Below, piece by piece: positions 51,378-64,000 of a stretch of 64,000 nt of DNA. Source of the stretch: Blasia pusilla. Its lineage: Eukaryota. Position 1 is the first letter of the stretch, and each line of letters starts with the position of its first letter. The notes beneath the pieces are model-generated. The model saw nothing but the letters and a program-made list of their open reading frames with translations. It was not told where the DNA came from and searched no databases. Location of the stretch: the NCBI GenBank assembly GCA_050084515.1, contig CM114271.1:5456001-5520000 (forward strand). Direction: 5' to 3'. A program made the position numbers and the translations under genes.

Positions 51378-53865
51378 CTACTCTGGTGTTTGTATGTCGA
51401 ATGCGTTTCTCTCTTCTTTCTGTACTTGAGCGGGTTGGAGAGCCTCGTGTACAATGTGTGCCATTCTTACTGTTATCTGCATCCGATGTGTGCCATTCTT
51501 ACTGTTTGGTATCTTCACCGGAGGCTTTCTACCGGTCCACATCTGCCGGTCGCAGTGTTCGTCCAAGGCAATCGGATCGCCTTTGAATGGATCTTCTGCG
51601 GAAGTTTGGAGAGTACCATTATTCTTGTCTATGGAAATATCTGTCGGAACACAAGTCCTAGGCCCGCTGGTGAAGTCGCGGAGTGTCCAGTGTCCACGTC
51701 TTTGAAGGTTGGAAAAGACACCGGGGTGATCATCTTCTTCGTCCGACACTCACAGCCTTTGCGTTGTCGTTGCAGTCACAATGCAGTGCTGGCAGGCATT
51801 CAGGAATCTGGGATCTTCCCAGAAAGAGGAAACCGGTACAGTAGTCTCTCCAATCTGGCCAGACATTTGCTTCAAGACGACATTTCACATAATCGCACGG
51901 ATTCGCACCTTCAGCTACAGAGACCTAAAAGTTCTCCGCTTCTCTTTTGGACTGTAGCGCTGGCGGATTTTGAACATCCCTGTTACTTCATTCATCGGCG
52001 TGCACATGCAACTCCTCCCCGACCCCGAGTATTGCTTCCATAAGCACAGCATTCGTGAATCGTAATATCGTATTAGCCTGTGGAATCGCAGGCTCATCCT
52101 GTGTCAGGAACAGTTTGACTACTTTTTGTGCTTACCTGAGCCTTGCCCTCCATGAATCACTTCACCCGTCTCCTCGAACTCTGGTAATTCTCCTTCTTCA
52201 ATGATGGATGGCTCATGTCCCTTTTCGAGGCTACTTTCCTTCGCAATCGCATAGGACAGTAGGACAGACATGGACTCAACTTGGTAAAGATAATGCAGTA
52301 AACATCGAACGTCGTTCAACCTAACCTGAATTTTTTCTTCAATGATGGATGGCTCATATCCCTTTTCAAGGCTACTTTCCTTTGCAATCGCATAGGACAG
52401 TAGGACAGGCATGGACTCAACTTGGTAAAGATAATGCGGTAAACATCGAACGTCGTTCAACCTAACCTGAATTTTCTGTTGTGGTCAGTCCTCATCAGTT
52501 CCAATCGTCGTAAGCAGCAAATTGTGGATGGATGTGGTTTTGCAGAATCAGGATAAGGCGCTGTCGTCCACACAAGTACCGATTCTTCAAATTTTCAGGC
52601 TTAACCATCATAAAGCAATTAAAGGCAAAGCCAAGGGTCAGTGTCTCGGTGCTGCAGCTCTATATCTGTAGCATGGCTGTGCGTGCGCCAAGGGGTCGAG
52701 ATAATTATCAAGCGATAATATTCGAGGACCGATAAGAGAACCCGAAGCGAAAGGTATTTTGGTCTAGAGTATGTGTATCCCAAGTCGGGTGAATATCTTA
52801 TGCGTATGGACACTGTTTGCTTCGGACACTGAAAGGTACCAGAGACTGCGAGTTACAAACTCCAGCGCCAATTACTCCACCTGCTACGAATGCATGCTCG
52901 CATCGCACATCTGCTGCGATCGGGCTTCTGACGAGATATTTCTTTCGAAAATCACTCTTACCGAAGTCGAGACTTTGTAGAATGAAAGATCCGTGATACT
53001 GGATTTGGTTTCCACGTGACGACATGTTTAGTTTCATGCCCTAGACGGTCCTTCTGCATGGGCCATACGAAGAAATTGGCTGCTTCCACCGAAATTGCCC
53101 CCGACTGTTATCATTTGCTGCTTCCAAGCAGCATTGTCGGACACCAGCCATACCCTGCATTTGCACCCCAGGTTAATCGATTCGGATGATCGCACACACA
53201 GAACACGTTTACTGTGTCAACGAATACTATCACCAGGTGCGTCTTCCCAGCGCCTACAGTTGATGAGAGAATGCTTACGATCTGTCGAGGGTCGCTTTCC
53301 AGCAGTCCGTGACGACACTGCCAGACGACTCTGATCTAGAGAGTCGTAGAGACAAACCGACTCGATGGATTGATTCCCCCCGCTCCCCACCGTTCATCCA
53401 CATGAGCTGCGGCTTCAGCGTACATGTACACCTGCGAACGAATTTCAACGCAAGAAGATTGCAGCTCCGATTTGTGCAGGCTGTGCTGACGATCCCGTAC
53501 TGTCTGTCACTTGCTGAGGAAAAGCGGCTGCGATAGCTGCTCCAGGAGAGCGAGCTGACTTCGGTTTCGTCTCCGATCTCATCGCCACCACCGCCATCAT
53601 CATCATAATCCTCATCGTAAGTACGTAGACCTATCCTGCACTCCTCCCTCCTCCCGAGTCCCGGCCCGGTTTCTCGTGTAGCACCACCCAGAACTTCCTC
53701 CCTTCTTCCCGGCGTAGGGTTTGCTATCCCTTTCCACAAAGCTTCACCGATCACCCGGCGCGAGAACCAGCCGGTCGGACCTTGAGAGGCTACGAAAGGC
53801 CAATGGTGTACGTCGGGGGACAAAGCCGAGCATCCCGGTCTCGTAGTGACGCATGACGGTGACAA
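51378..53865 (-). other. Possible multi-exon gene of unknown function
   Basis: GC-rich non-TE sequence. ORF 53275-53865 has an acidic/Gly/Ser tract and a donor-like CAG|GTGTAC at ~53431. An exon-like segment at ~52137-52475 is bounded by AG and CAG|GTAAGC. No recognisable domain. Confidence 0.3.
52194..52475. repeat. 141-bp tandem duplication (2 copies)
   Basis: TTCTTCAATGATGGATGGCTC...CTAACCTGAATTTT starts at 52194 and 52335; encodes a 47-aa repeat in ORF 52119-52460. Confidence 0.92.
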
Positions 53866-54799
53866 GCGTGTTTCTCCTTCTGGTGAGAGGATTATCTTAC
53901 AGAATCGGATACCGTTCTTCTACGAGATTTGATTAGGCTGCCATATTCTTTTTTCATGTTTGGTTGACATTCTAAGATCTTATTAGGAATATGGAGCATG
54001 CCTAATAGACCTACTCAAACGTCGAGTTATCAAATTTTGGACAATGGGCCGGAGTTTTTAGTTGCTTATTGCTAACATATATGATATTATTGGAGAGTGT
54101 TTTCTCGGGAGTGAAAAATTGTTTCCCCTTCTAAGTATATCATGAAAAAAATCCCTTCATTCTTTCGGACCGCCACTAATAATTATTATGAGAAAATGTT
54201 TTTTATTTGTAAACACTTTTTACTTGACATGCGGCGATCGGGAAAAAAATACTTCCTCTTATATATATTTATTTATTTATTAGAGGGTGGAATAGCGCCG
54301 ATAACATTATTTAGGGAAGTGGAATATTACTTAAATTTTAAGTGAGGAGTGGAATCGATTAGTGGATGTTATTTTGGTAGGAAGAATGGAAAGGGAGGAG
54401 TAGAAATGGGAGGAATTAGCTTAAGGGGCCCCTAAATCTACTTATATTGCGATCATAATTTTGCTTCATTTTGAATACCCATCTTCATCCAATCACCTTC
54501 TTGCCTAGTGGAAGATCAATTCTCATCTTTGTTGTTTTCCCAAGGCTAATAGTTCTTCTTCCTCTATGACTTCAACCCGCTCTAGCTTCTAAATTATCTC
54601 TTCAAGAGTGTTTGGCTCATGTATTTGAAGAGTCTTTCCCATGTTTGCATGGTGAATAACCAAGAAGTTATCATGCATGAATCTCTATATCTAATATGTT
54701 ACATTGTTCGATGCTCTGAGTATGGAATTGGAATGAAGACTAAAATCTTCTTCATTTTGAGGAACATCCAATTGATGGATTGCTTTATATCTTCCATAA

Positions 54800-60257
<5,458 letters not shown>

Positions 60258-60398
60258 CTCAACCTTCAATTACCTCAATTGATATAATCATTTTTTTCTA
60301 TCAACTTTCCACTCTATGGATTAGCATACTTGGGAGAGTTGATAATTTCTCATGGTTTGTCTTATACTATTTGATGCTCTCATCACTATGGAGTTTGA

Positions 60399-63300
60399 AT
60401 GAAGACTGTAATTCTCTATGTCATGGCTAACAAGGCCATTCTCAAAGGACGGAGGATACGGTTGGATCTTGATGTTACATCTCTACAAGTCAAAGCTAGG
60501 AGAAAGAAGCTTGCAAAAGTCGAAGAGGCTCAAGAAGCAGATTTTTTTGCTTTTCTACGCGAGGGTCGAACAATTATTACCCAGAGAAAGAGAGACTTAT
60601 CAACCTAGCAATTCAAGGAGCTGAGAGTGTTGATATGGAATATACGTGGCCTTTCAACAACAAAGTATGTGAGTGCTCTACCCGTTTTGGAGATGGAGGA
60701 CATCATCAATATTGTGGAGATTTGGGAACATGAGAGCAATACTATTCAAGAGATACAAGGGTTAACTTTGGTGGGATTGACATGGAACAAAAGAAGGCAA
60801 CGGGCATGAAAGGTTATGGCAATATTGCTACTTTCATACGGTCTCAATTTCTACCTTTGATACATCTAGAAGAGCAAGACATCAATGGCCAATATCATTG
60901 GCTATGTCTTCGTTTGGTTAAGGGATCTTATTGTTATCTGGTAGTTTGTTATTTTGCATCACTGTCCATGCCTATCTACTCAACGCGCACTTGCAATCGG
61001 TGTCAACCATTTCATCAACTTATTGGGTATGTTCTCAAATATCAAAGCAAACGTGAAGTCTTACTAGTCGGGGATTTCAATGTTCGCACATGTACTGCTC
61101 AATTTACCCAATTCAGTGAGTCCTTGACTTCTCTTTTCCTCGAAGAACTAGAGGATGGTTTGTGGTATAGAATCTGTTCAAATATTTTCTACAAATCCTT
61201 TGAAAAAATATTTTTTAACTTTTGGAGCCACTTGTAATTTGAAAGTTCTTAATGGAACATGTCATTTTCCCAACTCTTACTCCAATACATGTTTCTCCTC
61301 TACCAATGCTATCACCATCGACTATCTTCTTTCCATACCCACTAATAGCTCTCATATCTCTACATTTGATATTTTAGAACCTCAACCTGAATCAGATCAT
61401 GCACCTCTTTTGTTTACTCTCTCATTATCGAAGATGATTCCTCTCTCAACATGTCAACCCATTTTAACTTCTCCTAAGTTTCGCTTAGATCCTCTTAAAA
61501 AATATCTTTACATGATAGATTTGTAAGAACTCTTGACTCACATTGTATGGATCCCTAATCCACAGACGACAAGTTTGCAACTAACCGAATTGCTCAAGAA
61601 CACTGCATCCAAGCTCTTTTCCCGGAACTGTAATAGAAGTGCTAGGAGGGCGCCTTGTAATGGATGGTTAAACTCTAAATACATGCAAGCAAGGGTAAGA
61701 TCAGTGGATAAATCTTTGGATATCCAAAGTCGGCTTATCATGACGAGCCTTTACGAAAATTTGGGGAAATCTAAAAAATGAGCTTTCTTGCGCCGGAAGC
61801 AGTCCTCCTTAATAGGGAACTCCATGACGATCCCAAATCGTTTAGGAGACGCTTAGTAGTACGGTCTTCAAAACCTACTCTTGATCCCGAGTCTTTGATA
61901 TCTTAGGCCGAAAAGCTCTATTTTTTCCCCGATGCTAAATCTATGCCCCGTTGTGAAGGCATACCATGCTTATTCTCTAAAGCACAGGTCATGACTCAAC
62001 TAAGAAGATTAGAAAATAGTATGTGAGGATTTGGATGGTCTTTCTGTTGAACTTCTCAAGTGGGGAGGAGATTCTATCAGACCGATCCTCACCAAAGTAT
62101 TGGGTGATGTTGCTATTGATGGTTTTCCTTCTACTTGGTCGCTACGATAGATTATTCCTATCCACAAATCAGGAAGGAAGGATTTGGTGAAAAACTACCG
62201 CACTGTCATGGAGGGTAGTGTTTTTGCCAAGTTATTTGGCAAAAATACTAAATTATTTTTCTATTAATAGAACATAAGGAAAATAGGTTAAAAACCCTAG
62301 TTTCTCTAGTAGTGAAATAGTCGGGAGTTGCAGTGGTAGGGCATTCTCTCGTATGTCGAGTTATCTCCATGTTCAGGTTCCATCGAAGCTCTTCTGTGAA
62401 CGCACGAACGGACTACATCACTTTGTATCTCCAAGTTTTATAAAAGATTTCAGTGATTTTTTCACTTTCTTTTTTTTCTCAGATTTCGTCCAACACACAA
62501 CACCATCGACCATATCCTGGCCTTACCTATTTTATCGGAGAAATCTAATGGCAATGGGAAAGCTTTGTTTTGCGGTTTCATTGATTTCGAAAAAATATTT
62601 TGATACAGTATCTCGTAAGCTATTATGGGATAAGTTGCAAGCCATTGGAGTACCACAAAATCTCCTAGCTGCCGTGGCTACTTGTACCATTCTGTTTGGG
62701 CCAAGATCAAAGGTTCACAAGTTCAAGAGATCTTGAGTACTATGGGAGTCATTCATGGTTGCCCTTTCTTCCCTACTTTATTTGTAGTTTTCATAGATGA
62801 TATCGAAAAGTGGTTGGAGGAATGTGACAGTGAAGGTGTCAAATTGGGAGACTTTGTCATCAAAGTTTTATTGTATCTAGATGATATCATATTACTAGCA
62901 CATGATGGCATTAGTTTATAAATGCACCTCGACACTTTGGTGGCAAGTTTTTGTACCAAAAAATCATATGGAGCTTAATATGGATAAGTCTAAAGTCATT
63001 CTAGTCGGTACTAGATCCAAGTTCTCTTTCTTTTACAAAGGTCTACAATTAGAACAAGTGAAGAGTTACAAATATCTAGCCATTGATTTCTCTCATGATT
63101 ATAGTTGGGTATTTTGCTTGAAAAAAAATAATAGAAGCTAGCTACAAAGCTCTATATTCATTTTTAGATCGGTATATAAATGCTCATCTTGTATCGTGGG
63201 GTCTTAGGAAGTTCTTATTTAGGAGCTTAGTGATGTCTGTGGTCTTATATGGAACCCAAGTTTGGAGCCCTAGTTGTAAAAAGACAGGTTGGGAGCGCGT

Positions 63301-64000
63301 GGTGAGGGTGCAAAAGATCTTTCTACAAGAAGAATTGGGTGTAAGAAACCAAACTCCTTATGTTATTCTTCTTGCAGAAACAAGTTGTATTCTTCTAGAA
63401 GGTGAAGCTCTCTACTTGACCATCACTTATATTGCAAGGATGAGATCTATTGATATTTCTCGTCTCCCTCATCAAGTTTTACGAGCCACACGTTCCATAG
63501 GGTGGATTGCACATGTGGTGACTTGGTCTTCAAAGTGGAATGTGGCGGAACGGGATTGGAATCTGAAACCGATGGCACTCGGCGAGCATCTACAGAAGTA
63601 ATTTCCCAACATTATTTGAAGCAACGGGGGCACAAAAATAGAGTATTATCAACTTCATGTTAATCCTATGCTTGTATATTATGAACAAGGATAGCTACTT
63701 GTGGGGATCTCCTTGTTCTTACGTCATATTATCGCATGACATAGAACTGGGTCTCATAGACTAGGAATTGAGGAAGGACGTTGGCTCAACATTGATAGAA
63801 AAGAACGAATTTATAAATTATGTGACAGAGAAAGTATTGAAGATGAAGAGCATGTGTTTGTTACATGTCCAAGGTATGAACAAATTAGACTAGTTCATAA
63901 AATAGATGTGGAGAATTTATATTCTTTACTACAGCTTATGACTTATGATTTAGGTTGTTATATTAGAGATATCATCATTCTTTGTTCAAAAGCTTTAGGC
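60399..64000 (+). mobile_element. Degenerate LINE (non-LTR) retrotransposon: ORF1 tail and ORF2 (APE endonuclease, RT, C-terminal zinc finger)
   Basis: LIWNIRGL, LLVGDFNVRT, TIDYLLS, ESDHAPL (APE); IIPIHKSG...NYRT, FDTVSR, GVIHGCPFFPTLF, LYLDDII, YKYLAI (RT); HRLGIEEGRW...ERI..LCD...EDEEHVFVTCPRY (C-terminus). Many stops and frameshifts. Confidence 0.92.

Noticed and set aside
51375-52043. 222-aa plus-strand ORF
   Set aside because: Non-ATG start, no recognisable motifs, overlaps competing opposite-strand ORFs.

Overview
Eukaryotic, repeat-rich genomic DNA from a plant, probably a bryophyte-grade land plant (inferred from intron style, gene content and TE types; not provable from this window). 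Two clear host genes are present: a FAM32A-like protein (11700-12110, -) and a ~13-exon ABC1/ADCK atypical kinase (44043-49334, +). A third gene of unknown function may lie at ~51.4-53.9 kb (-). The rest is mostly nested, decayed transposons: hAT-type transposase remnants, two chromodomain Ty3/gypsy elements, a solo LTR with a target-site duplication (TSD), a Ty1/copia fragment, a Helitron PIF1 fragment and a LINE. The standout is a Ty3/gypsy element (~33263-42260, -). Its pol carries a DNMT3-like C5 cytosine methyltransferase between protease and reverse transcriptase and ends in a PHD finger rather than a chromodomain. This element and a second, divergent PHD-type fragment (30191-32570, +) share an unusual 3' end: polypurine tract (PPT), then a copy of the LTR's last ~110-125 bp, 2 nt, then the full LTR. 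The near-complete copy has no matching 5' LTR or primer-binding site (PBS) that I could find.
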